A stretch of 64,000 nt of DNA from an uncultured Planctomycetota bacterium (GTDB lineage Bacteria > Planctomycetota > Planctomycetia > Pirellulales > Lacipirellulaceae). The stretch spans positions 64,001 through 128,000 of the forward strand of contig CAVRBU010000013.1 in assembly GCA_963719315.1 (NCBI GenBank). The letters are read 5' to 3'. The position numbers and the translations under genes are program-made. The notes under the pieces were generated by a model, which worked only from the letters and a program-made list of their open reading frames with translations, was not told the DNA's origin and made no database searches. Of this stretch, positions 33,331-42,934 are shown piece after piece (the first letter of the stretch is position 1; the number at the start of each line of letters is the position of its first letter).

Positions 33331-34414
33331 TACTAAAGACCAAATTTTGCGACCGGAGGAGTTTGAGGGCGTATTTCGCACTTTGTTCGTCAATGTCGTG
33401 GAACAATGTCGCAATTTATATGAGCCATTGCGACAACATCTGAAACCGCCATGGCATGATCGTGAGCTAATCATACGTATTATCGACAACAGCGAATTGA
33501 ACGCCGCCGCGAGTTCCGATTCCAGCGCCGACTACATAACGGTAAATCTCGGTGCGGTTGAGCGAATATTTGGAACAGCGTACGGGCTTCTATCTACGCC
33601 AAGTTTTCTACCCAATGTTGGTAATGCGGCGGCGGAAAACAAGCCGCAGACGCTTTTTAATGGGTTTCCTCCAATGCCGCTCGTTCGGACAAGCAGACCG
33701 CCAGCGGTCATAGCAACTCGCATTCCGAATGACCCGACTCGGCTGTTGATTGCGATGCACCTTGCAGAGCTCGCAATCGAGTTCTTACTTTTCCACGAAA
33801 TTGGACATGTCGTGGGCGGGCACCTTGAGTTTATCGGGCATAACACGTTGATGGAGTTGGATTCGACAAGACATCTTCAGGGACCCTCGATGTCCCAAAT
33901 TCTCGAATGCGATGCTGATTTATTCGCATGCGATATTATGTCCGCTGTGCAAATGACAGATGAGGCGGCCGACAACGAATACAGCTTGGCACCGAATGTT
34001 CCCTGGAGCAAACGTGATTTCGCTTTGCTCACTTATTGCACAGCGTTAGGGATGCTTTTTCGGGTTTTTTACCACGGTGCATCCGTTGATGTCGCCTGCT
34101 CGAATTCCACTCATCCGCATCCAGCAGTGCGGGCCAGCTTGGTTTGCTCGTATGCTTTCACACGAGCTATGCAACGGGACTGGACCACAGTTTCGTCACT
34201 CGGAGACATAACTGCCGCAAGCATTCGCAATATCGAGGAGGTCTGGGCGGAGTTGATACTTCCAGGCCAGTGTCCGAAGCCGCTGGAAGAATGGGTAGTC
34301 GAAGTCGCAGCACAGACCAAGGAACTTGTCGCGGCGTATCGTAGACAGGAGCATAAATTGGACGCGGTCGCGAGAATCACGCGTGTTTGGGGTTCCGGGA
34401 CCGGAACGAATTAA
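33308..34414 (+). CDS. Zinc metallopeptidase resembling peptidase U49 (phage exclusion protein Lit family)
   Basis: LNAAA, FLLFHEIGHVVGGH, ECDADLFA and STHPHPAVR motifs. Confidence 0.7.
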   Translation: MTAMFFVDTKDQILRPEEFEGVFRTLFVNVVEQCRNLYEPLRQHLKPPWHDRELIIRIIDNSELNAAASSDSSADYITVNLGAVERIFGTAYGLLSTPSFLPNVGNAAAENKPQTLFNGFPPMPLVRTSRPPAVIATRIPNDPTRLLIAMHLAELAIEFLLFHEIGHVVGGHLEFIGHNTLMELDSTRHLQGPSMSQILECDADLFACDIMSAVQMTDEAADNEYSLAPNVPWSKRDFALLTYCTALGMLFRVFYHGASVDVACSNSTHPHPAVRASLVCSYAFTRAMQRDWTTVSSLGDITAASIRNIEEVWAELILPGQCPKPLEEWVVEVAAQTKELVAAYRRQEHKLDAVARITRVWGSGTGTN

Positions 34415-36039
34415 ATTGCGCCGCTGCCGAGTTCCATTCTTCTGCGGTCCATGTCCTTTCGTAATTGGCTGCATATGCTAGCCAGCTCGTCATATTGGGT
34501 CATCGGCGTAAGCCAAGCCTCTGCGTCCGCGAGTTGACCAGTTGCGATCAGAGTCCTGATTAAGAGAATGTGCGCCGAAACGTTCGTTTCAGGGCTGCCT
34601 GCACCCGAGTTAACTATGTCGATTACAAGCGGGTTGAGCACTGCAAAATCCCGTTTCACGAGCAGTAGGTTCGCATACGTAATTCGCGAGACCGTATCCT
34701 GCGGATTTATCGATAGGGCCTTCGTGATGTGTTGCAACCCTTCAGCGAGATATTTTGACTTCACGTCTTTGGACATCGCCTTTTCATGCGATGAATCCGA
34801 TTCGGCTAGGGCGCGGCACGCTTCGGCGGCGTTTGCCATCGCCTGCCAATCCCGGGGTGAGAGAGCAATAGCCCGGCGTGATAGCGTTAGGCTTTCGTAC
34901 GGGTCAACTGCCAAATACAAGTGCGCCATATTCACCAATAGCGTCGGGAAACTGCCCCTCTCCTCCGGGCACCATGGCATCAGGTCGAATGCAGTTTTTG
35001 CAACGTTCAATGCTTTTTCAAGTGCAGGGGCGTCTCTTACCGGTCCAACCGATTCGAGGTATAGCTCGGCCAAATTGATACGTGCACGAATCTACCAAGG
35101 CTGGTGTTCAAGGCACGATAATAGGAGCATCTCCGCCCTTGTTATATCGCCCGCCTGCAAAAACGTCGTCGCCCTGTTTATCGTCCCCTCGAGGTCGAAC
35201 GAGGGAGGACGCCCGAGCTCGGGAACGGCTTCGTCCGTCAGTTGCTGCAGAATGTCGGCGGCGGTTGGTCGAGCTTCGGGATTTTTTGCCAAGCACAATT
35301 TGCAGATTTTTGCGAGAGCGTTGTATCGAGAAAGAAAAGGGAACCGTGGCTGTTCGAACAGTATGCTTCTAGCCGTAGCTTCTAGCGTGTTGCGCACGAA
35401 CGGGTGCTTTCGAAACAACATCTCGTAAAGCATGATACCTACCGCAAACACGTCACTTTTCACTGTGAGCTGGCCGGACACAAAATGCTCCGGACTCATG
35501 TAAACAATGGTGCCCGTATGTCCAGTAACGAACGCGTGCTGCCAAAGTCCGCCGGGAGACGGCTTGCTGAGGTATTTGGACAACCCGAAATCTGAAATAC
35601 GGCAGTTTCCATTCGCGTCGAGCAAGACATTGGTTGGTTTCAGGTCGCGATGCAAAATCCGGACCTGCTCGTGTAGAAATTGCAGCCCAGAAGCAATTTG
35701 CTCCAAGTACCGGCGGACAGTTGCACGCGGTAATTTTGCGGTCATCGCATCAGCTAAACTGCGCTCGCAGTAAGGCAAGATAATAAACGGAGCAGCATCA
35801 ATCCACTCTATGCCGATGACATCCATTACGTGCGGATGATGCGGCATCTTGGCAAGCGTCAGCGCCTCTTGACGAAGCTCTGCCTTCTCGTAACCCTCTT
35901 CCCATTTGAGTGTCTTAATAGCATAGCGCTCAGCGTTTTCAGCCTCGACCACATATACTCGCCCGAATCCTCCCTTATGAACGCCGATGACGCGTAGCGA
36001 TTCAGGCGAAATACTCGGAATAAAGATGTTAGCTAGCAT
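34411..36039 (-). pseudogene. Ser/Thr protein kinase + TPR repeats, split by an in-frame TAG at 35092-35094
   Basis: Kinase motifs KGGFGRV, YAIK, HRDLKPTN, DFG and YMSPE. The frame continues PW*IRARINLAELY into TPR-like repeats. Confidence 0.75.
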
Positions 36040-36375
36040 TACATGCGTCCAATCGATGACCGCTTAGTCTATCATGCCATAAAAAATTGTGGCAACAACC
36101 GCAATAATGTGTTCAACAAACCGGCCAATATCCAGGGCCTTGCCGGGCACCATTGGCTCCGCCACTGCTCTTCCCGCCAAACCCTTGCGGCCGAAATAAT
36201 TGAACCCAACGATCCAGCGTTTAAAGCTGCTAACTACGGATAGCAGCGATTCGGCATCAGCCCCACCTGCCAGTCAATGGAACACTTGATCCGTGCCGAT
36301 CCACAATAGACACTGACAAAAGCAAATGGCCCCCAAGGCTTGGAAAGGCCGTATCACACAAATAAGGCGCTCATC

Positions 36376-36969
36376 ATGATCGATAATGTGACACGCGAAT
36401 CAATAGGTCGGCTCGCATTATCTCGTATCGTTGCCCTTGACAAGTCTCTAAAAACGGAAGTCGGAAATATCACGGTTGATTTAGCTGATCGCGGTTTCCC
36501 AATTTCATCGATGCGAGTTGTCTCTACAAAGGCTGCGGGAGAGCGCAATCTGATTCAGCGGGCCGAACTTATTAAGGACGCCATTGTAGAAGTATGCGAA
36601 TCACGAAGCATTGGACGAGCTCCGAACTTGGACGCCGTTTTGCAGGGACTGTTTGATGAAATCTATCAAGCGCAAGTTACCACCGTTTGTCATTGCGTTG
36701 AACATTCTGTTCCCGACGAGGCGAAGAAGCTTTGTCCCATCGGTGAAATACGTCCGGAAATAAGCATGCATCGTGACGAAGTAGCGCTCTTCGCCAATCG
36801 ACTACCGCCAAAAGATTATTGGGCGAATATTGTATTGTGGTTTCGCAGTCGCTGGTGGTCGGTGCCGTTCGTGGCGATGGTCGTCTGTCTGCCTCTGCTA
36901 TTTCAGTGGGTCGAGATGCTAAAAGCACTATTGCGCTGGTTGGGCGCTATTGACCGAACGATTCAATAA
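36376..36969 (+). CDS. Hypothetical protein with C-terminal TM helix
   Basis: 197-aa ORF; hydrophobic WWSVPFVAMVVCLPLLF segment. Confidence 0.6.
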   Translation: MIDNVTRESIGRLALSRIVALDKSLKTEVGNITVDLADRGFPISSMRVVSTKAAGERNLIQRAELIKDAIVEVCESRSIGRAPNLDAVLQGLFDEIYQAQVTTVCHCVEHSVPDEAKKLCPIGEIRPEISMHRDEVALFANRLPPKDYWANIVLWFRSRWWSVPFVAMVVCLPLLFQWVEMLKALLRWLGAIDRTIQ

Positions 36970-37107
36970 TCCCGCTCGTGAAGTGCCGCCGCAATCGTAA
37001 GCCCTATCCGGTGGCCGCTTCCGGCTCCCTCTTGAGAAGATCGGCCGCTCTCAGTTGTCATTGCCAACTTGCATCTGGTCAAGTTCCCTTTCGCCGAGTC
37101 TGATTCT

Positions 37108-37274
37108 GAACAGGAGGAAACAGAGGGAACAGAGAAGGCGAGCTGACGACAACGCCATACGTCGACCACGGATTGCACGGATGGGCACTGATGTTTTGTG
37201 ATCCGTGTAATCCGTGCGATCCGAGGTTTAATCAACACTGCAATCCTCTCTGCTTCCTCGGTTACCTCCTGTTC
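37108..37274. repeat. Nested inverted repeats
   Basis: Outer GAACAGGAGG...CCTCCTGTTC arms enclose inner CACGGAT/ATCCGTG arms. Confidence 0.65.
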
Positions 37275-37410
37275 GAAAAGCCAAATTCTGGGAACGCTAA
37301 TCTTCGCTAATAGTCGCTAATCCGGCCGATGGATCGCGCCAATAACGCTTATCTCGGTACAGGTAGCTCGTCAGGCCGAAGCGTACGGCATGCCCCGTGC
37401 CGGGAAAGGG

Positions 37411-37456
37411 ATAAAGGGTCAGAACGATTTATGGTAAAATCGTTCTGACCCCTTAT
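37411..37456. repeat. REP-like hairpin AAGGGTCAGAAC..GTTCTGACCCCTT
   Basis: Near-perfect inverted repeat; the same motif is seen at the IS junctions at 58.6-61.2 kb. Confidence 0.7.
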
Positions 37457-37516
37457 TCTATATTCTATATAGGCGCCACAATTGACCCGCCGGCAAAACG
37501 GCGTCTGTGGTTTTCC

Positions 37517-38377
37517 TCAGATTCGTGGCTCACGAGTGTGCCGCGACCATTCGCGGATATCGTGCGGCGTATCGTCTTCGCGGTTCATCGACGGCAGCAC
37601 TTCGTGCAGCAGTTTGTCCGGGTCGCAGAGGTCGGCGATGGAGTCCACGATCATGTCCGGCTGGTAGGCGTATTTCAGCAGGTCGTCGCGCTTTGTGGAA
37701 CCGGTAAGCACGAGCACGGTCCGGTAGCCCATCTGGACGCCACCCAAGATATCGGTCTCCATCGTGTCGCCGATCATGATGGTTTCGCTCGTGGCCATGC
37801 CGAGTTCCTTGCGGGCCACGCGCATCATTACCGGGCTGGGCTTGCCCACACTGAACGCTTTGATGCCGGTGGCCACTTCGATCAACGAGACGATGGCTCC
37901 GCAACCGGGCCGCGTGCCGTGTTGGGTTGGGCAATTCGGGTCGAGATTCGTCGCGATCAGCTTTGCGCCGGCCAGTACCATTTGCACAGCGTGTTCGAGC
38001 ATCTCGAAGCTCAGTGTCCGGCCCTCGCCGACGACGACATAGTCGGGCGACTTATCGACGACTGAATAACCGTTGAGGTGCAGCGCATTCAACAGCCCGC
38101 CTTCGCCGATCACGTAAGCAGTTCCTTCAGGTTTCTGCCGCGCTAGAAAGCGGGCGGTCGCCATCGCACAGGTGAAGATGTGCTGCTCGTCGACGGGCAT
38201 GCCCATCCGCTGCAGCTTGGTGGCCACGTCGCGCCGCGTCCGCTGGCTGTTGTTGGTGAGAAACAGAAACGGAATTTCCCAGTCGCGCAGCATGCGGATG
38301 AAATCGACCGCGCCGGGAATCAATTGGCTGCTGCGGTAGATAACGCCATCCATGTCGATCAAGAATCCTTTTTTCAT
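37517..38377 (-). CDS. HAD-IIA family hydrolase (NagD-like)
   Basis: FLIDMDGVIY, FLTNNS, VGKP and MIGDTMETDI motifs. Confidence 0.92.
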   Translation of the reverse strand: MKKGFLIDMDGVIYRSSQLIPGAVDFIRMLRDWEIPFLFLTNNSQRTRRDVATKLQRMGMPVDEQHIFTCAMATARFLARQKPEGTAYVIGEGGLLNALHLNGYSVVDKSPDYVVVGEGRTLSFEMLEHAVQMVLAGAKLIATNLDPNCPTQHGTRPGCGAIVSLIEVATGIKAFSVGKPSPVMMRVARKELGMATSETIMIGDTMETDILGGVQMGYRTVLVLTGSTKRDDLLKYAYQPDMIVDSIADLCDPDKLLHEVLPSMNREDDTPHDIREWSRHTREPRI

Positions 38378-38550
38378 AACAGGTCCATAAAGGGGTGGGA
38401 AGTGGGGAGTGGGGAGTGGGGAGTCTGAGACATCTACTCCGAGCTCCTTGCTCCCGGCTTCTGTGCTGCTCGATATCTTTGCCTCGGAACAGCGTGCGGT
38501 CGAAGGCAGGAGTCTAACTCGCCTGCGTTAAAAATCCGCCAAGAGAACGC

Positions 38551-39426
38551 TCAACAGGCCGCAACCGCGACCGCCGACGTCGACTCAATGATCACGTCGG
38601 CGTACAACTCGGCCTCGACATTGTTGCCGCGGTAGGTGGCAGTCACGGGCGCCGCATGCTGTGGATCGGCTGCGGCAGCTACCGCGATATGCCGGTCCGT
38701 CGCCGCGAGCCCATTGGTAGGATCAAAACCGCGCCATCCTGCACCGGGCAGATACACCTCGGCCCAAGCATGCAGAAAATGTTTATCCTGGGTGGCATCC
38801 GCATCGTAATAACCGCTCACGAACCGCGCCGCCAAACCGACGGCCCGGCAGATATCGATCCACAGCACCGCCAAGTCGCGGCATGCACCCTGGCGTTGCT
38901 CGATGGTGGTCGCCGGCGACCAGGGTGAGCCCTGTTCGCGGTGCACGCGTTTGAAGCGATGGCAAACCGTTTCCGTCAGGCGCGCGAGAAAAGGGACGAC
39001 TTCACCGCGCGAAGCCTCGCGTAACTGCTCCGCTAATTCCTGGGCCGGATCGACATGAATGGGCACGGCGGATCGGCGCAGCGCCGGGGCGAGTAACGAA
39101 GCTTCCCACGGCTGATAGGCAATCGGCAGTCGCCCGATATCGGGCGTGACCAAGTAGTCATACGGGTTCTCGCGGACCGTTTCGACTTCCGAAATAGCCC
39201 GCAACACCATGCGATCGTGCAACTGGTCAAACCAAGCCACGGTCATCAGGTTTCCCTGGGCGTCGAGCGCCTGGGTCGTGCCGGCCGGGGTCGGCTCGAT
39301 CTGCAAATCGAATCGCACGACCCGCTGCGAACCATCGCTCCGCGGACAGAATCGGAGTTGGTGGGGTTCGAAGAAAACGGGTCTCGTGAAGCGGTACTCG
39401 GTTGTGTGGTCAATCGTGAAGAGCAT
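38551..39426 (-). CDS. Transglutaminase-like protein
   Basis: IDHTTEYRF N-domain; GACRD, HAWAE and FDPTN catalytic triad motifs. Confidence 0.92.
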   Translation of the reverse strand: MLFTIDHTTEYRFTRPVFFEPHQLRFCPRSDGSQRVVRFDLQIEPTPAGTTQALDAQGNLMTVAWFDQLHDRMVLRAISEVETVRENPYDYLVTPDIGRLPIAYQPWEASLLAPALRRSAVPIHVDPAQELAEQLREASRGEVVPFLARLTETVCHRFKRVHREQGSPWSPATTIEQRQGACRDLAVLWIDICRAVGLAARFVSGYYDADATQDKHFLHAWAEVYLPGAGWRGFDPTNGLAATDRHIAVAAAADPQHAAPVTATYRGNNVEAELYADVIIESTSAVAVAAC

Positions 39427-39525
39427 ACAGTTTTTGAGTCCTCCGTTACCCGCCTGAAACAAGTATTCGTTGATTTTTGATCGTTGGCTGAATTCTTCTT
39501 CCAATAACAACAACTAACCAAAAGT

Positions 39526-39708
39526 GTAACAGTTTAGCCGATTGAAGGGGCTTCTCGCTTTACGGCTCAAGCCATCGCCGCGAGAAGCCCTGTAAACAGG
39601 GCTTGGTGCTGCTCCGTGGGCTCTCACCAACCCGTCGTCAACGACGGGCCTAATACCACCTTCGGTAGAAAGAGCCGTGAACGGCTCTGCCATCCGTTAA
39701 ACTGTTAC
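39526..39708. mobile_element. MITE-like element A, short (internally deleted) copy
   Basis: GTAACAGTTTAGCCGATTG...CATCCGTTAAACTGTTAC; body matches about 29786-29944. Confidence 0.7.
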
Positions 39709-39787
39709 GCAAACGTTTATTCGTGAAATCTGTGTGATCCGTGGTCATCTACTTCATGCGGCTAAACTGATACATACCAACTAACAA

Positions 39788-40759
39788 CTATCGAACGGCC
39801 CCCGCTGCCTCGAATGGCCGCATCGCGAAAAACGAATCGTGGATCGACTCGCCGATCGAGTTCAGCCGGTTCTGCAAATTATCCACAAACTCGTGCAGGC
39901 CGCCGGAGATCACATCTTCGGCGTGCGTGTACGCGAGTTCGGCCCGCAGTTGGCCCAAGCGGCGCTCCGCCAAGTTGCTATAGCTGCCGGTGAAAGTGCC
40001 GGAAATTGCGTGGAGCGATTCATTGGCCCGCGTCAAGCAGTGGAGCACCGCCCGCGGAAACTCCCGGTCGAGCACCAGGAAGTTCACCACTTTTACCGGC
40101 GAGATCCCTCCATGCCGCTGCCGATACATTTCCAGAGCACTGGCGGATCGCAACAGCGCGAGCCATTGAATGTCGTCGAACGGGGTGCCCACGTCGGTCA
40201 CCTTGGGGAGCAGGATAAAATACTTCACATCGAGGATGCGCGACGTTTTATCCGCCCGCTCTAGCATCCGGCCGAGTTGGCAGAAGTGCCAGGCTTCGCC
40301 GTGCGTCATCGTGGCGTCGGTTACGCCTAAGAACTGCTGGCCCGATACGCTTACCCGCTCGAAGAACGCGTAGGGGTTGTCGAGGATTACTTCCAGCGAG
40401 CCCCCGTCGCGGATCGAGATGTAGAACTTGTTGATGTGCTCCCACATTTCGGCCGAGATGATCTCTCGCACGCCGCGGGCGTTCTCCCGCGCACTCCGCA
40501 GGCAAGACAGAATCGAATTCGGGTTCTCCTTGTCGAATGTGAGAAACTGGACGACGCTTTCTTTGGTAGTCGTGTTGACGCGGGTTTGGTACTGGGCGTC
40601 GTCGCCCGTAATCACCACCAGCGGCCACCACTGTTGCCCCGCTTCGCCCGGCATATCGAGACTCAAGTTGAGATTCACCGAAATGAATCGCGCAACATTT
40701 TCGGCCCGCTCCACATAGCGGCTCATCCAGTAGATCGAATTGGCAACGCGGCTTAGCAT
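39788..40759 (-). CDS. Alpha-E domain protein (DUF403)
   Basis: MLSRVANSIYWMSRYVERAEN, ARENAR, GRMLERAD and FPRAV motifs. Confidence 0.92.
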   Translation of the reverse strand: MLSRVANSIYWMSRYVERAENVARFISVNLNLSLDMPGEAGQQWWPLVVITGDDAQYQTRVNTTTKESVVQFLTFDKENPNSILSCLRSARENARGVREIISAEMWEHINKFYISIRDGGSLEVILDNPYAFFERVSVSGQQFLGVTDATMTHGEAWHFCQLGRMLERADKTSRILDVKYFILLPKVTDVGTPFDDIQWLALLRSASALEMYRQRHGGISPVKVVNFLVLDREFPRAVLHCLTRANESLHAISGTFTGSYSNLAERRLGQLRAELAYTHAEDVISGGLHEFVDNLQNRLNSIGESIHDSFFAMRPFEAAGAVR

Positions 40760-40818
40760 AGTTGTGAGGAGCGAGGGGCGAGGAGCGAGAAGTTCTAAAA
40801 ACTCTCGCTCCTCGCAAC

Positions 40819-42333
40819 TCAAGACACCACCCAAGTATCTTTGCTTCCGCCGCCTTGTGACGAATTCACGACTAGCGATCCCTTTTTTAGTGCCACCCGC
40901 GTCAATCCGCCGGGCAGCACGTACACGTCTCGACCGTACACGATGAACGGCCGCAGATCGACGTGTCGGCCTTCTAATCCGGCCTCTGTCAGCACCGGCA
41001 CACGCGACAGGCAGAGCGTTGGTTGCGCGATGTAATTTCGCGGGTCGGCCTTGATTTGCTCCGCACAGCGGGCGTGCTCCGCGGAGCTGCACCGCGGCCC
41101 AATCATCAGCCCGTAACCGCCGGATTCGTTGGCCGGCTTCACGACCAGCTTATCGATATTCGTCAGCACGTGCTGCCGTTGTTTGTCGTCCCAGCACACA
41201 TACGTTGGCACGTTCGGGATGATCGCGTCTTCTTTCAAATAGTATTGAATGATCTGCGGCACGTAGGCGTACATTACCTTGTCGTCGGCGATACCTGTGC
41301 CCGGAGCGTTGGCCAGTGCGATGCGACCCGCACGGTAGGCCTCCATCAGACCGGGCACGCCGAGCATCGAATCTTCCCGAAACGCGAGGGGGTCAAGAAA
41401 ATCGTCATCGATGCGGCGATACAACACGTCGATCCGCTCGAAGCCTTTGGTCGTTCGCATGTAGACGAAGCCGTCTGAAACCACGAGGTCGCGGCCTTCG
41501 ACCAGGTCGATCCCCATCTGCTGAGCCAGGAATGAGTGTTCGAAATAGGCGGAGTTGTGCATGCCGGGCGACAACAGCGCCACCGAAGGGGACCGCGTTT
41601 GATCGCCCATCAGATATTGCAGCGCATCGAGCAACCGGCTGCAATAATCATCAACCGGCCGAATCGCCGACCGCTCGAAGAGTTGCGGAAACGTCTGCTT
41701 CATGAGCTGACGATTCTGCAGCACGTACGAAACACCCGAAGGGCACCGCAGGTTGTCTTCCAAAACGTAGTATTGGCCGTCCGTATCGCGCACGAGATCG
41801 GTTCCCGTGATGTGGCACCACACACCCCGCGGCGGTTTCAGGCCGACGCATTGCTTCCGAAACCCCTTAGCGGTCGCCACCACCTGTTCCGGTAACTGAC
41901 CGTCGCGGACGATCTTTTGATCGTGGTACAGATCGTCGATCAGCATGTTGAGCGCGGTGATTCGCTGGCGCAAGCCGCGCTCCAACACTTGCCATTCGTC
42001 GCGACACACAATCCGCGGGATGATATCAAACGGAATGATCCGCTCTTGCCCATGCCGGTCGCCATATACATTGAACGTGATGCCGAGCTGCACCATCGAC
42101 CGGTCGGCCGCCCGCTGGCGACGCGTCAGGTCATCCGGCGGCATACTGCGGATGCGCTGAAAGAGGGGCCGGCAATCGGCCCGCGGCGCACCGTCGCCGT
42201 CAAACATTTCGTCGTAGAATCCGTCGGAGTCGTACCCAGCAAACGACTGCGACTGGGTCGATCCCCCTTGACTCTGCGACTGGTTCCCTGCCTCACGCCG
42301 GTTGGCAGTCGCCACTGCTTGTTCAGCTGCCAT
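40819..42333 (-). CDS. Circularly permuted type 2 ATP-grasp protein
   Basis: GITFNVY, PFDIIPR, VLEDNLRCPSGVSY, RRIDDDFLDP and VVNSSQGGGSKDTWV motifs. Confidence 0.93.
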   Translation of the reverse strand: MAAEQAVATANRREAGNQSQSQGGSTQSQSFAGYDSDGFYDEMFDGDGAPRADCRPLFQRIRSMPPDDLTRRQRAADRSMVQLGITFNVYGDRHGQERIIPFDIIPRIVCRDEWQVLERGLRQRITALNMLIDDLYHDQKIVRDGQLPEQVVATAKGFRKQCVGLKPPRGVWCHITGTDLVRDTDGQYYVLEDNLRCPSGVSYVLQNRQLMKQTFPQLFERSAIRPVDDYCSRLLDALQYLMGDQTRSPSVALLSPGMHNSAYFEHSFLAQQMGIDLVEGRDLVVSDGFVYMRTTKGFERIDVLYRRIDDDFLDPLAFREDSMLGVPGLMEAYRAGRIALANAPGTGIADDKVMYAYVPQIIQYYLKEDAIIPNVPTYVCWDDKQRQHVLTNIDKLVVKPANESGGYGLMIGPRCSSAEHARCAEQIKADPRNYIAQPTLCLSRVPVLTEAGLEGRHVDLRPFIVYGRDVYVLPGGLTRVALKKGSLVVNSSQGGGSKDTWVVS

Positions 42334-42644
42334 GAGACTGCCTTGGCCGAGAAAACCACGAAGGAAAAGCACAAACCGGAATTATGATAGCAAACCCCGC
42401 GCCGGGGCCATGCCAGCCCCGCAACCTTGGAGTGAATGGCGACGCACGCTGTTGACAGCAATAGACATACGTCGATTCTCCCACTTCCATCGGAGCTCCG
42501 TTCCAGACTTAATCGACCGTTACTTGCCTAATTATTAGGCAGGCGGACTCCTACGCCAGAGCGAAATCAAACGCTTTCTTGATGAGCGATTAAACTGATG
42601 GTTTTTTGATCAGAAGCGAGGCAGGAACTATGGTTATCCGTGCG

Positions 42645-42767
42645 TGTGGTGTCGTAATTTGCGGCACAACAAGCTTGTAGCACGGACTTCAGTCCGTGAT
42701 TCTCGTCCGGACTGAAGTCCGTGCTACAAAGTTCCAGTCCGAATGGTGCCAAATCAGGGGCACCACC
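42645..42767. mobile_element. MITE-like element B containing a GTAG REP doublet, copy 1
   Basis: Ends GTGGTGTCGTAATTTG / CAAATCAGGGGCACCACC; internal GTAGCACGGACTTCAGTCCG...CGGACTGAAGTCCGTGCTAC. Confidence 0.7.
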
Positions 42768-42934
42768 TCCCTGCGGCTGGTTTACGGCCTGATTCGCGGG
42801 CAGTTACACTGACATGATTGTCCCCAGCCCATCGAACCTACCCTTGGGAGCGGACTCCCGGCAAGTCCTTCATTGCCGAGGCAACGGCGAATCACTCTCG
42901 CCCACTGTTTCTTCCCAACAAAGAGCGACCACCC

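Noticed and set aside
21282..40820. Short heptamer tracts (e.g. 21282, 23074-23150, 23702, 29227, 38391, 40770) as possible CRISPR arrays
   Set aside because: Degenerate 7-mers with no unique spacers and no cas genes; ordinary intergenic tandem repeats.
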